Assembly: GCA_040767085.1 (NCBI GenBank)
Contig: JAXGPF010000013.1
Location: 64,001 to 128,000, forward strand
DNA length: 64,000 nt
From: Kiritimatiellia bacterium
GTDB lineage: Bacteria > Verrucomicrobiota > Kiritimatiellia > JAAZAB01
Direction of reading: 5' to 3'
Part shown: positions 47,457-58,177 of the stretch, piece after piece
How the letters are laid out: each line of letters opens with the position of its first letter
Numbering within the stretch: position 1 is the first letter of the stretch
Program-made: the position numbers and the translations under genes
The notes under the pieces: generated by a model
Seen by the model: only the letters and a program-made list of their open reading frames with translations
What the model was told of the DNA's origin: nothing
The model's database searches: none

Positions 47457-48320
47457 ATGACTGACGCCATTTCCCCCTTGTCCTGGCATGCCAGCCCTGT
47501 CTGGTTCGCCTTCGGGCTGACCATGCTGGCCGGCCTGGCTACCGGCATCGGGAGCCTGCTGGCTTTTTTCACCAATCAAACCAACCGCCGCTTCCTGGCC
47601 GTGGCCCTTGGTTTTTCCGCGGGCGTGATGATTTACGTTTCGATGGTGGAAATCTTTTTCAAGGGCCGCGAAGCGCTGGTGGCGGCCCTGGGAACGCGTC
47701 CGGGCAGTTGGGCGGCGGCGGGCGCTTTTTTCGGCGGCATGCTGCTGATTGGATTGATCGACAAACTGATTCCCGACTGGGAGAATCCCCATGAAATGCA
47801 TGGGGTGGAGGAGTTGGACACGTCCCGGGGCGACCATCCGCGGCGGCGCCAGGCGGCGCCCGTCGCGGCGCGCATGCTCCGCCTGGGCATCCTGACGGCC
47901 GTGGCGATCACCGTCCATAATTTTCCGGAAGGCCTGGCGACTTTCGTCGTGGCGTTGCGCGATCCCGCCCTGGGCTTGACCATTGCCGTGGCAATTGCCC
48001 TGCACAATATCCCCGAGGGGATTGCCGTCTCGATTCCGATTTATTACGCCACCGGCAGCCGCCGGCGCGCGCTGATTTATTCCCTGTTGTCCGGCTTGTC
48101 GGAACCCCTGGGCGCTATCGCGGGCGTGGCGCTGCTCATGCCTTTCATGTCGGAAGCAGTGTTTGGCATCTTGTTTGCCGCGGTCGCCGGCATCATGGTT
48201 TTCATCTCGCTGGACCAGTTGCTGCCTTCCGCCCAGAAATACGGCGAGCACCACCTCTCCATCTACGGACTGGTCAGCGGCATGGCGGTCATGGCCCTGA
48301 GCCTGCTGCTGTTCATCTGA
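47457..48320 (+). CDS. zupT: ZIP-family zinc transporter ZupT
   Basis: GFSAGVMIYVS, ENPHE, HNFPEG, HNIPEG, SGLSEP. Confidence 0.92.
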   Translation: MTDAISPLSWHASPVWFAFGLTMLAGLATGIGSLLAFFTNQTNRRFLAVALGFSAGVMIYVSMVEIFFKGREALVAALGTRPGSWAAAGAFFGGMLLIGLIDKLIPDWENPHEMHGVEELDTSRGDHPRRRQAAPVAARMLRLGILTAVAITVHNFPEGLATFVVALRDPALGLTIAVAIALHNIPEGIAVSIPIYYATGSRRRALIYSLLSGLSEPLGAIAGVALLMPFMSEAVFGILFAAVAGIMVFISLDQLLPSAQKYGEHHLSIYGLVSGMAVMALSLLLFI

Positions 48321-48323
48321 TGG

Positions 48324-49016
48324 TCAGTCCCGCCGTCCGCCCAGCAGCCCCGAGCGGACCAGGTAATAGAGCAGGGTCATCAGGGCCGACACCACGGCGG
48401 CTACGTAAGTCAGAAACGCCGCGTTCAAGACCTTGCCCGCGTGCGCCTGCTCGGATGGCGTGACGATCCCGGCCGTCACCATCAGCCGCTTGGCGCGGGC
48501 GGTGGCGTTCCATTCCACCGGCAGGGTGACGATGGAGAAAATCACCACCAGGCCGAACAGGGCAATGCCCAGCATCAGCAGGGCGGGGAAGTTGAAAAGC
48601 ATCCCCAGGATAAAAATGATGTAGGACGCATGGCTGCCGAACTGGGTTGCCGGCACCAGCGCCGAACGCAGGTAAAGCGGCGTGTAATGCGCCGCATGCT
48701 GGATGGCATGGCCCGCTTCATGGCAGGCAACGCCGACCGCCGAGAGCGAGGGCGAGTCGTACACCTTGGACGACAGGCGCAATGTGCGCGAGATGGGATC
48801 GTAATGGTCGCTCAGAAAACCGTCCACCCGCTCGATGCGCACGCGGGGGATGCCTTCGCTTTCCAGCAGGCGGCGCGCCGCCTCCGCGCCGGTAACGCCG
48901 GAGGCCACGCCCACGCGAGAGTATTTTTTAAAAGTGCTGTGGGTGTACCAGGAAGCCAGCCCCGCCAGCGCCATGGCCGGCAGCAGCATCATGAAATATA
49001 ACGGATCGAAAAACAT
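48324..49016 (-). CDS. Neutral zinc metallopeptidase (YugP-like)
   Basis: LSDHYDP, HEAGHAIQH, TLPVEWNATARA, VLNAAFLTYV. Confidence 0.88.
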   Translation of the reverse strand: MFFDPLYFMMLLPAMALAGLASWYTHSTFKKYSRVGVASGVTGAEAARRLLESEGIPRVRIERVDGFLSDHYDPISRTLRLSSKVYDSPSLSAVGVACHEAGHAIQHAAHYTPLYLRSALVPATQFGSHASYIIFILGMLFNFPALLMLGIALFGLVVIFSIVTLPVEWNATARAKRLMVTAGIVTPSEQAHAGKVLNAAFLTYVAAVVSALMTLLYYLVRSGLLGGRRD

Positions 49017-49234
49017 TGCCTGCTTCTCCTGTCAGATTCAAGTTCCGCATTGTCCGCGCAGCCGGAAGGGGCTGCAGTTTTCGGCTCTTCATTGTAACGG
49101 GGCGGCTTGGAAATTCAAGGCCAATCCAACCGCCGCGCCCAAGCGGGCGCATCTGCGATTCGTTGCAGGCAACCAGGCGCCGGCAACGCGATTGGTTGCT
49201 TGCGCACAGCCTTTGGCCGCGCAGCGGCTTTGGA

Positions 49235-50290
49235 TTACGCAGGCTGCGGCCGCCCTTCCCAGCCCCTGGCATGCCCGGGGCCCCGGCCGACATGTCGGCC
49301 AAGGCCATGGATTCTGGCGACGACACAAGCCGCGCATCTTTCGGGCGATTCGTCAATACAGGGCTTGCCGGGATATATGAGGTAATCTTTCCGGTATTGA
49401 GCAGGGGAACTGTTTGGCATGAAAATGTTGGCGCCTCGCTGCAAGGCCAGGTTCCGGCCATAACCCGGGAAAACCGCGTCGTAAGCCGTGGTGGCGGGAA
49501 TGTGCGCCCGCGGATTGAATATTCGCAAAACCGCCAGCGCCTTGAAGAAGATTTCATCATTGCCTGCATAGGCGTTTTTCTCATGCGCCAGGGGGGTATC
49601 GGGATGCGGAATAAACGGGCCGATGCCGATCATATCGAGATTCAGCTCCCGGCATAATAAGATATTGTTCGCCAGTGTATCCCGCGTTTCGCCCGGCAGA
49701 CCGATCATGAAACCGCTGCCCACCTGAACCCCCGTCGCTCGAAGCATTCGCAGACAATCGAGCCGTTCCGCCAGCGTGCAATCGGGGTGTATCCGTCGAA
49801 ATAAATCCGCGTCGCTGGTTTCAAATCGCAGCAGGTAACGATCCATGCCGCAATCCCGCCAATATTGATAGGTTTCCCGGGGACGATTGCCGGCCGACAG
49901 CGTTACGGCCAGATTGGTTTCAGCCTTGATGCGGCTGATAATTTCTCCAAGCGTTTTGTCTTGCAGGCCCTGGCCTTCGCCGGATTGCATGACGATCGTG
50001 GTTTGATAAGTTCCGGCCATTTGCCGCGCAACCTCCATGATGGCCTCCGCGGTCATCGCATAGCGCCTGACTTTCCGATTGGAACGGCGCAACCCGCAAT
50101 ACAGGCAATCATTCGCACAGATATTGGAAAACTCCAGTATCCCTCGAATAAAAACAGCATCACCCATCCAATGGCGTCGGACCGAATCCGCTTGGCGGTA
50201 TAATTTTTTAAGCGCATCATTTTCGGCTTCAAACATTTGCAAAATTGATGCGGCAAGGCCGTAAATATTTTTTGTTTTTTCTGTTGACAT
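49235..50290 (-). CDS. hydE: [FeFe]-hydrogenase maturase HydE-like radical SAM protein
   Basis: RGILEFSNICANDCLYCGLR, QSGE, YLLRFET, GIGPFIPHPDTP, PATTA, YLIYPGK; start uncertain. Confidence 0.82.
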   Translation of the reverse strand: MSTEKTKNIYGLAASILQMFEAENDALKKLYRQADSVRRHWMGDAVFIRGILEFSNICANDCLYCGLRRSNRKVRRYAMTAEAIMEVARQMAGTYQTTIVMQSGEGQGLQDKTLGEIISRIKAETNLAVTLSAGNRPRETYQYWRDCGMDRYLLRFETSDADLFRRIHPDCTLAERLDCLRMLRATGVQVGSGFMIGLPGETRDTLANNILLCRELNLDMIGIGPFIPHPDTPLAHEKNAYAGNDEIFFKALAVLRIFNPRAHIPATTAYDAVFPGYGRNLALQRGANIFMPNSSPAQYRKDYLIYPGKPCIDESPERCAACVVARIHGLGRHVGRGPGHARGWEGRPQPA

Positions 50291-50311
50291 ATTCCATATC
50301 CTCGGGTTAAA

Positions 50312-50330
50312 TACCAGCAATTTGATAGTA
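50312..50330. promoter_or_regulatory. Candidate Rrf2 operator (imperfect palindrome) between hydE and rrf2
   Basis: TACCAGCAATTTGATAGTA, 14/19 self-complementary, just downstream of a TTGACA at 50284. Confidence 0.35.
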
Positions 50331-50343
50331 ATACTCGAAATTT

Positions 50344-50790
50344 ATGAAAATGTCAACTAAAGGTCGTTACGGATTGCGGTTTATGATTGATCTGGCCGCC
50401 AATGGACAGTCGCATGGCAAGGTATCCTTGAACCATGCGGCCGAGCGTCAGGGAATCTCGGCAAAGTACCTTTGGCAGATTGCCAGCCGACTTAAGTCGG
50501 CCGGATTGATCCATGCTATTCCAGGCGCTTATGGAGGATATGCGTTGGCGAAGTCTCCCGACGCAATCACTCTGGCGGAGATTCTGGAGACGCTGGAGGG
50601 GGACTTCCATCTGGTTCCCTGCGTTGCCAGGTCGTCTGTTTGCCGGCGGAGCGGTTCGTGCGTATCGCAGATAGTTTGGCGCGAACTCAGCGCTAAAATA
50701 AACGAAGTGCTGACATCAATGACTTTGAGCGATATAATACGGAAACAAGCGGACCTCGCGGCGGTGGCGCCGATTGCTTACACGATTTAA
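50344..50790 (+). CDS. Rrf2-family transcriptional regulator (CymR/IscR-like)
   Basis: MSTKGRYGLR..ISAKYL..GAYGGYAL; three Cys (C-x6-C-x5-C). Confidence 0.92.
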   Translation: MKMSTKGRYGLRFMIDLAANGQSHGKVSLNHAAERQGISAKYLWQIASRLKSAGLIHAIPGAYGGYALAKSPDAITLAEILETLEGDFHLVPCVARSSVCRRSGSCVSQIVWRELSAKINEVLTSMTLSDIIRKQADLAAVAPIAYTI

Positions 50791-50861
50791 AAGCGTCGGC
50801 GTAGTTATCGCCGGGTCGGGCTGGAAATAATTGTTGAAGATCGGATTCAATATTAAAGGAA

Positions 50862-52402
<1,541 letters not shown>

Positions 52403-52504
52403 GGATTTCCGCCGCGGCTGCCGCATGCCGTTGGCTGTCTGATTGTAGATCTGTAAGTAACCGCACCGGCGATATTTTGCCGCGCACAAAAAAGGAGAAG
52501 AAAC

Positions 52505-53458
52505 ATGAGCGCCATCTACGAAAACAACGCAGCTTCGATCGGCCATACGCCCTTGGTGAAACTGAACCGCATCGTCAAGGGGAGCCATGCCGCCGTGCTG
52601 GCCAAGATTGAGGGTCGCAATCCCGCTTATTCGGTCAAATGCCGGATTGGCGCGGCCATGATCTGGGATGCCGAACGCCGCGGATTATTGAAGACTGGGG
52701 TGGAAATCGTGGAGCCGACCAGCGGCAATACCGGGATCGCCCTGGCTTATGTAGCGGCTGCGCGCGGATACAAGTTGACCCTGACCATGCCGGAAACCAT
52801 GAGTATCGAACGGCGCAAGGTGCTTACCGCTTTTGGCGCCAGGCTGGAGTTGACCGCCGGAGCGGATGGCATGAAAGGCGCCATCCAAAGAGCCGATGCG
52901 ATTGTCGCCTCCGATCCCCGGAAATATTTCATGCCCCAGCAATTCAAGAATCCCGCCAATCCGGAAATTCACGAGAAAACCACCGGCCCCGAAATATGGG
53001 CCGATACGGACGGCGCCATTGACATCCTGATCTCGGGGGTGGGCACGGGCGGAACCATTACCGGCATTTCCCGGTTCGTTAAAAAAGGGCGGGGCCACCA
53101 GATGCTGTCCGTGGCCGTCGAGCCCAGGGAAAGCCCGGTCATCTCGCAGAAACTCGCGGGGCAGGAACTCAAACCGGGCCCCCACAAGATTCAGGGATTG
53201 GGCGCCGGCTTTATTCCCGAAACGCTGGACCTTTCGCTGGTTGACCGCGCGGAACAGGTTGACAGCGTCGAAGCTATCGCATACGCGCAGCGGCTGATCC
53301 GCGAGGAGGGCATTCTGGCCGGCATCTCCAGCGGAGCGGCGGTGGCCGCCGCCTGCCGTTACGCGTTCCGGGAAGAATGGGCCGGCAAAGTCATCGTGGT
53401 GATCCTGCCGGATGCCGGAGAGCGTTACCTTTCCACCGCGCTCTTTGAAGGCATCTGA
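52505..53458 (+). CDS. cysK: Cysteine synthase A
   Basis: [43 protein letters not shown]. Confidence 0.96.
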   Translation: MSAIYENNAASIGHTPLVKLNRIVKGSHAAVLAKIEGRNPAYSVKCRIGAAMIWDAERRGLLKTGVEIVEPTSGNTGIALAYVAAARGYKLTLTMPETMSIERRKVLTAFGARLELTAGADGMKGAIQRADAIVASDPRKYFMPQQFKNPANPEIHEKTTGPEIWADTDGAIDILISGVGTGGTITGISRFVKKGRGHQMLSVAVEPRESPVISQKLAGQELKPGPHKIQGLGAGFIPETLDLSLVDRAEQVDSVEAIAYAQRLIREEGILAGISSGAAVAAACRYAFREEWAGKVIVVILPDAGERYLSTALFEGI

Positions 53459-53705
53459 GCCAATTTCAAAAGTCCCCCGGCGGGTTTATCCCGCTGAAGA
53501 CAAAGGTTGTTAAATATTGATTCGCTCCGGGAAAGACGGAACCTTTCATCATTGGTTTCAGGAAAGCAAACCGTATTCTAGGCGCTGCAATCCCCGTCTT
53601 TTTCTCTTTATTCATTGTCCCGCAATAATATGTTGCCTGGGTCCGACCCGTTAAGCCTCGAAATTTGCTGGCATTTTCCGGGCAAAACCATTACATTCAG
53701 CCGCT

Positions 53706-55274
53706 GTGAATGTGCAATCGTTGCCCGAATTGTTGCGGGAGGTGGCGGCCCGCCATCCGCATCTGCCGGCAGTCGCGTTTTTTGAACGCACGCTCGATTT
53801 CAGGGAAGTCAACCGGCAGAGCGACCGCCTGGCCGCCTGGCTGGCGCGCCGCGGCATTGTCCGGGGCGATCGGGTGGGGCTGTATTGCGTCAACTCGGAC
53901 TTCTTTGCCATTGCTTACTTCGGCATTCTCAAGGCCGGCGCGGTGGTCGTGCCGGTCAACCTGCTGCTCAACCCGAAGGAAATATCCTACATCCTCCAGG
54001 ATGCCGGCGCACGGGCCTTGATCTATTTTGAAGCGTTCGCGCCGGCGGTGGCGGCTTTGCGTCCGGCAACTCCTTGCCTGGAATTGTTTTTATGCATCGG
54101 CGGGAACCAGGCCGCGCCATCCGACGACGCCTGGACGGAAGCCATCGCCTGCGCGGACTCGGCGCCAACCATTGAATTGGAACCGGATGCCGACCTGGCG
54201 GCCATTCTTTACACCGCCGGCACCACGGGGCATCCGAAAGGCGCCATGCTTTCGCACCGCAACCTGGCCGCCAACGTCGGTAGCTCGGCGCGGGCCCTGA
54301 AAATCGAGCCGGGCCGGGAAAGGGTGCTGGTGGTCCTGCCGATGTTTCACGCGTTTGCAGCCACCGCCGGCATGTTGCTGCCGCTGCTGAACGGCTGCTG
54401 CATCGTGCCGCTGCCGAAGTTCGATCCGTTCCAGGTCGCCGCGGCGGTCGCGCGGAGCAAGGCCACGATTTTCATGGCCGTGCCGAGCATGTACATCGCG
54501 CTGCTGCATCTCCCGGCCGCCGCCCGGGACCAGTTCGCATCGCTCCGCTTCTGCGTTTCCGGCGGCGCGGCGCTGCCGCAGGCGGTGCTGCGGCAATTCG
54601 AAGACAAATTCGGCAAATTGATTTACGAAGGCGACGGGCCGACCGAATGTTCGCCGGTGACCTGCGTCAACCCGATCGGCGGCAAGCGCAAGGCCGGTAC
54701 GGTGGGCTTGCCCATACCGGATGTCGAAATGAAGATCATGGATGACGCTGGCCGGGAAAAGCCGCGCGGGGAAGTCGGGGAAATATGCGTGCGGGGCCCG
54801 AATGTCATGCGCGGGTATTGGAATCGTCCGGCGGACACGCGCGCCTCCTTTTTCGGGGATTGGTTCCGGACGGGCGACCTGGGACATGTTGACGATGAGG
54901 GCTACTTCAGCATCGTGGACCGCAAGAAGGACATGATCATAGTCAATGGCATGAATGTGTATCCCCGGATTATCGAGGAAGTGTTGATGCACCATCCCGC
55001 GGTGCGCGAGGCGGCCGTAGTCGGGGAGCCGCATCCCCTGCATGGGGAAATCCCCGTGGTTTATATATCGTTGAAACCCGGATTGACGGCCTCCGGCAAC
55101 GGCCTCCGTGCCTATTGCCGCGACAATCTGGGCCGGCATGAAGTGCCGCGCAAGGTGTGTTTCATGGAAAGCCTGCCCAAAAGCGCGGCCGGTAAGATAT
55201 TGAAGCGCGCATTGCGCCGGCAGGGCGAACTGGAACGCGGCATTGATCTGCCGGCCGGACCATCCCCGGCTTAA
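53706..55274 (+). CDS. Long-chain fatty-acid--CoA ligase (AMP-binding)
   Basis: YTAGTTGHPKG, EGDGPTE, FRTGDLG, DRKKDMI, PKSAAGKI. Confidence 0.9.
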   Translation: MNVQSLPELLREVAARHPHLPAVAFFERTLDFREVNRQSDRLAAWLARRGIVRGDRVGLYCVNSDFFAIAYFGILKAGAVVVPVNLLLNPKEISYILQDAGARALIYFEAFAPAVAALRPATPCLELFLCIGGNQAAPSDDAWTEAIACADSAPTIELEPDADLAAILYTAGTTGHPKGAMLSHRNLAANVGSSARALKIEPGRERVLVVLPMFHAFAATAGMLLPLLNGCCIVPLPKFDPFQVAAAVARSKATIFMAVPSMYIALLHLPAAARDQFASLRFCVSGGAALPQAVLRQFEDKFGKLIYEGDGPTECSPVTCVNPIGGKRKAGTVGLPIPDVEMKIMDDAGREKPRGEVGEICVRGPNVMRGYWNRPADTRASFFGDWFRTGDLGHVDDEGYFSIVDRKKDMIIVNGMNVYPRIIEEVLMHHPAVREAAVVGEPHPLHGEIPVVYISLKPGLTASGNGLRAYCRDNLGRHEVPRKVCFMESLPKSAAGKILKRALRRQGELERGIDLPAGPSPA

Positions 55275-55292
55275 AACCGTTGGCGGCACGCC

Positions 55293-56315
55293 ATGCGCAA
55301 TCCCGACAAACAACGCTATCTGCGCGCCGCGCGGCGCATCCCGTGCCGGGAACTTTCGTTCCAGGAAGATGAAATTGAGCCCAGCGTCGTCGCCAGCATC
55401 CTGGGCCGGCCGGTCGCTGTCCACCATTCCTTCGACCTGCCGCCGGCCGACCTGGTGGAACTCAACCGGCGCTGCGGCAATGACATGGTCTTTCTGTTGA
55501 ACATCTGGGAACTTGGCCGCAAAAACATGATCGACGCTGCCGGGCGCAAACACTATGTGGACGGCACCATGAAAACCGCCGCCGACCTGAAAAACATCGC
55601 CTACCCGGACATGGAGGCCCTGCGCCGGCGCCTGGAATCGGTGTTGAACGCCTTGGACGGCACGGGGATGGGGTTGATATATACGCCCAGCCAGGCGCCC
55701 TTCATCGTGACCACAGCCATGGGCTATGCCGATTACTACGAAGCCATGATCAGCAATCCCGGTTTCATCCACGAATTCCAGAAAATCGTCGAGGAACATT
55801 GCCTGCGGGAACTGGAAATGGTCTTGAGCTATCCCGTGGATGCCGTGCAGTTCGGCGCGGTGCTGTGCGCGAAAAACGGGCCGATGTTTTCCCGCGCCAT
55901 GCGCGAAGAATTTGAATACCCCAGCCTGCGGCGGCGGGTGCGGCTGGCCAAGGCCAAAGGCGTGGTGGTCAGCGGCCATTTCGACGGCAACCATTCGGCC
56001 ATCATGCCGGAGTTGATAGACATCGGCATCGAAGTCTTCAACCCCATTGAAACCTGCGACGGCGCCCAGGACATTTACGAATACAAAAAACTTTACGGGA
56101 GCCGGATTGCCCTGCATGGCAATATTGACCTCAGCGGGGTGCTGGTGAATGGCACCCCAGAGGAAGTGCGCCGGGATGTCTGGGAACATGCTGCGCGCTT
56201 GTCCGAGGGCGGGGGTTACATTTGCGCTTCCAGCCATAACATCACCGAGGATGTGCCATTGGCAAATTTTTACGCCATGCGCGATGCCGCGCATGCCTGG
56301 CCGGGGCGGGGTTAA
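55293..56315 (+). CDS. Uroporphyrinogen decarboxylase-family (URO-D/MtaA-like) protein
   Basis: HFDGN, FNPIE, KKLYG..LHGNID, GTPEEV, GGGYICASSH. Confidence 0.8.
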   Translation: MRNPDKQRYLRAARRIPCRELSFQEDEIEPSVVASILGRPVAVHHSFDLPPADLVELNRRCGNDMVFLLNIWELGRKNMIDAAGRKHYVDGTMKTAADLKNIAYPDMEALRRRLESVLNALDGTGMGLIYTPSQAPFIVTTAMGYADYYEAMISNPGFIHEFQKIVEEHCLRELEMVLSYPVDAVQFGAVLCAKNGPMFSRAMREEFEYPSLRRRVRLAKAKGVVVSGHFDGNHSAIMPELIDIGIEVFNPIETCDGAQDIYEYKKLYGSRIALHGNIDLSGVLVNGTPEEVRRDVWEHAARLSEGGGYICASSHNITEDVPLANFYAMRDAAHAWPGRG

Positions 56316-56364
56316 AAACCCCCTGAATCCGTGATCAGGTCAGGGGCGTTCGACCAGTGAGAAT

Positions 56365-57036
56365 ATGAGACTGTGGATCATACTCGTTTTGCTTGCTTGC
56401 TCTACGGCGTACGCACATCCACCGTACGAGCACATAATCGGCTCTATCGACACGCCGAACGGTCGTGTGGAGATTCGAGAGGGGTATATCGACGGAATCC
56501 TGTTCAGCGATCCCATCCGGTTCGCTGCGTATTCCGGTACTAACCTTGTTGCAACCACAGACTACGCGTGGAACACATCCATCGTATCATTCGAGAAGAA
56601 CGCATTCCACGCCTATCACTTCCGTACTCCGTTCAGCTTGTTCGCTTCGCGGGTCTGGCGTTTCGGCGCCGCCGGACTGGAGGAAGACGACAGCGCCATC
56701 CATGTAGCCATCTCGCCCTTCGTGTGGCTCTGGACTCGCCCCATATCCCATTGCATTTTCGGCATCCTCATCTCGCTACCCATCATCTTTGCGATGCGCA
56801 ATCGTCCATGGCGATCCAAGGGCGTTGTGGTACTTGGGGGATGTATGGCCATACTCTCTCTGTCTGCGTTTGCCCTCTGCGTGGTCCTTGTCAGCATTGC
56901 CTGCATGCCGTGCTCGCTCTGGATCACGCTGACAATCAGTCTTGCGGCCATAGCTCTGGCGAGAACAATGATCAAGAGGTCGAACAAGCCGCCTGGACAC
57001 GTACCCTTAAAGGCCGCCGCGGACGGCGCCCTTTAA
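56365..57036 (+). CDS. Hypothetical exported/membrane protein (gene-cassette-like)
   Basis: Signal peptide (AYA-HP), three C-terminal TMs, codon usage unlike flanking genes, stop codon inside the attC-like hairpin. Confidence 0.7.
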   Translation: MRLWIILVLLACSTAYAHPPYEHIIGSIDTPNGRVEIREGYIDGILFSDPIRFAAYSGTNLVATTDYAWNTSIVSFEKNAFHAYHFRTPFSLFASRVWRFGAAGLEEDDSAIHVAISPFVWLWTRPISHCIFGILISLPIIFAMRNRPWRSKGVVVLGGCMAILSLSAFALCVVLVSIACMPCSLWITLTISLAAIALARTMIKRSNKPPGHVPLKAAADGAL

Positions 57037-57051
57037 GGTTCGGTCAGGGGC
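56979..57051 (+). other. attC-like site (3' R' box missing)
   Basis: R'' GTCGAAC is complementary to GTTCGAC at 56348; CCTGGAC/GTCAGG pairing with a bulged G; CCTTAAAGG/CCTTTAAGG stem. Confidence 0.6.
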
Positions 57052-57462
57052 CATCGGGGTCGGACCACAGCAACTTGTTGTAAATCATAGTGATAAGTTC
57101 CAAGAGGGGGTGTTTTCGGGCCTTAAACCTCCATTTTCAGGGCCGAAAACAGCGGCATGCACCCCATCTGTGCTTGGGTCTGATCCGTTACCCGACAGCG
57201 CATCATGGAATCTCCCCGGATTCCTTGCTGAACTTGCCGGACTCCGCCGGAGAAAATGAAGGCGGTAAGTAAAGCCGGTCCGCGACAAGATGTTATTTTC
57301 TGAAATTTAGGTGAATATCGGCGTCAAATTATCTCCGCATTGTTTGGCCTTCATGCCGACCGGTCTATCATATCCCGGCGCCCCGGCATGGGGGGTACTT
57401 CCCCGGACGGATACGAATATTCTGCGCAAAGTAGCGGGAAAAATGCCAAGAATCACGGACTG

Positions 57463-57495
57463 ACCCCTTGCCCCCTTGCCCCCCTTGCCCCTTGC
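57463..57495. repeat. Short tandem CCC(C)TTG repeats (4 units)
   Basis: ccccttg cccccttgc cccccttgc cccttgc. Confidence 0.6.
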
Positions 57496-57625
57496 AGGAG
57501 ACCGGGATCGAACCGGCGATCCCGCCGCAGCGGCGGGACAAGCCCCGCCAGGGAGCGGGGTAAACCCCGCCACGTAGCGGGGCAAGCGTTCAGCCTTGTC
57601 CCGCCTCCTGGCGGGATTGGGAAGC
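57494..57625 (-). pseudogene. Partial tRNA-Gly copy carrying four hairpin insertions
   Basis: ggagaccgggatcgaaccggcga [3 inserts, 57520-57586] cgttcagc [insert, 57595-57616] ttgggaagc. Confidence 0.85.
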
Positions 57626-57862
57626 GGGTAGATTACGCAGGAAATCTTTAACACCTGCGGCCTTGATTTTCTTTTCTATCCCGCGCGCAACAGTGTAGCT
57701 GTCCACGGTCGTATGAAAAACAAGTTGCCAGTCGTGAGCGCGAGCCGTCCACTTGCTTCGGCCCTGCAAGTGTTGTTTCAGCCTGCGCGCAAGATGCTTC
57801 GATATGCCGACATAAAAACGGCCGAGGGATTTTGAATACAGGATGTAGACGTAAACATCCAT
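57590..57862 (-). CDS. Small GIY-YIG nuclease family protein (90 aa)
   Basis: YVYILYS..RFYVGIS..RRLKQH..KWT..W.LV..ARGIEKKIK. Confidence 0.88.
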   Translation of the reverse strand: MDVYVYILYSKSLGRFYVGISKHLARRLKQHLQGRSKWTARAHDWQLVFHTTVDSYTVARGIEKKIKAAGVKDFLRNLPASQSRQEAGQG

Positions 57863-57871
57863 GTAGGAAAG

Positions 57872-57939
57872 TGGAGCGGGAGACCGGGATCGAACCGGCG
57901 ACCCCGCCGCAGAGCGGGGCAAGCGTTCAGCCTTGTCCC
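57872..57939 (-). pseudogene. tRNA-Gly 3' fragment (with CCA) carrying one full and one truncated hairpin insertion
   Basis: tggagcgggagaccgggatcgaaccggcga [57902-57923] cgttcagc cttgtccc. Confidence 0.85.
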
Positions 57940-57946
57940 TTAAAAG

Positions 57947-58021
57947 TGGAGCGGGAGACCGGGATCGAACCGGCGACGTTCAGCTTGGGAAGCTGACATT
58001 CTACCACTGAATTACTCCCGC
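57947..58021 (-). tRNA. tRNA-Gly (CCC)
   Basis: GCGGGAGTAATTCAGTGGTAGAATGTCAGCTTCCCAAGCTGAACGTCGCCGGTTCGATCCCGGTCTCCCGCTCCA. Confidence 0.96.
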
Positions 58022-58037
58022 AAAACTCAATTCTAAT

Positions 58038-58177
58038 CGGCGACCCCGCCGCAGAGCAGGGTAAACCCCTCCGCAGAGCGGGGCAAGCGTTCAGCCCTGT
58101 CCCGCCTTCCTGGCGGGATTGGGAAGCTGACCCCGCCAAAGAGCGGGGTAAACATTCTACCACTGAATTACTCCCGC
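58038..58177 (-). pseudogene. tRNA-Gly 5' 51-nt copy carrying four hairpin insertions
   Basis: Removing 58044-58087, 58096-58118 and 58131-58152 gives an exact match to 57971-58021. Confidence 0.88.

Noticed and set aside
57868-57976. Prophage/ICE attL-attR at tRNA-Gly
   Set aside because: The duplicated 3' ends are only ~75 and ~450 bp apart and no integrase is present
57494-58177. CRISPR array
   Set aside because: The repeats are tRNA-derived and hairpin inserts with no unique, regularly sized spacers, and no cas genes are present
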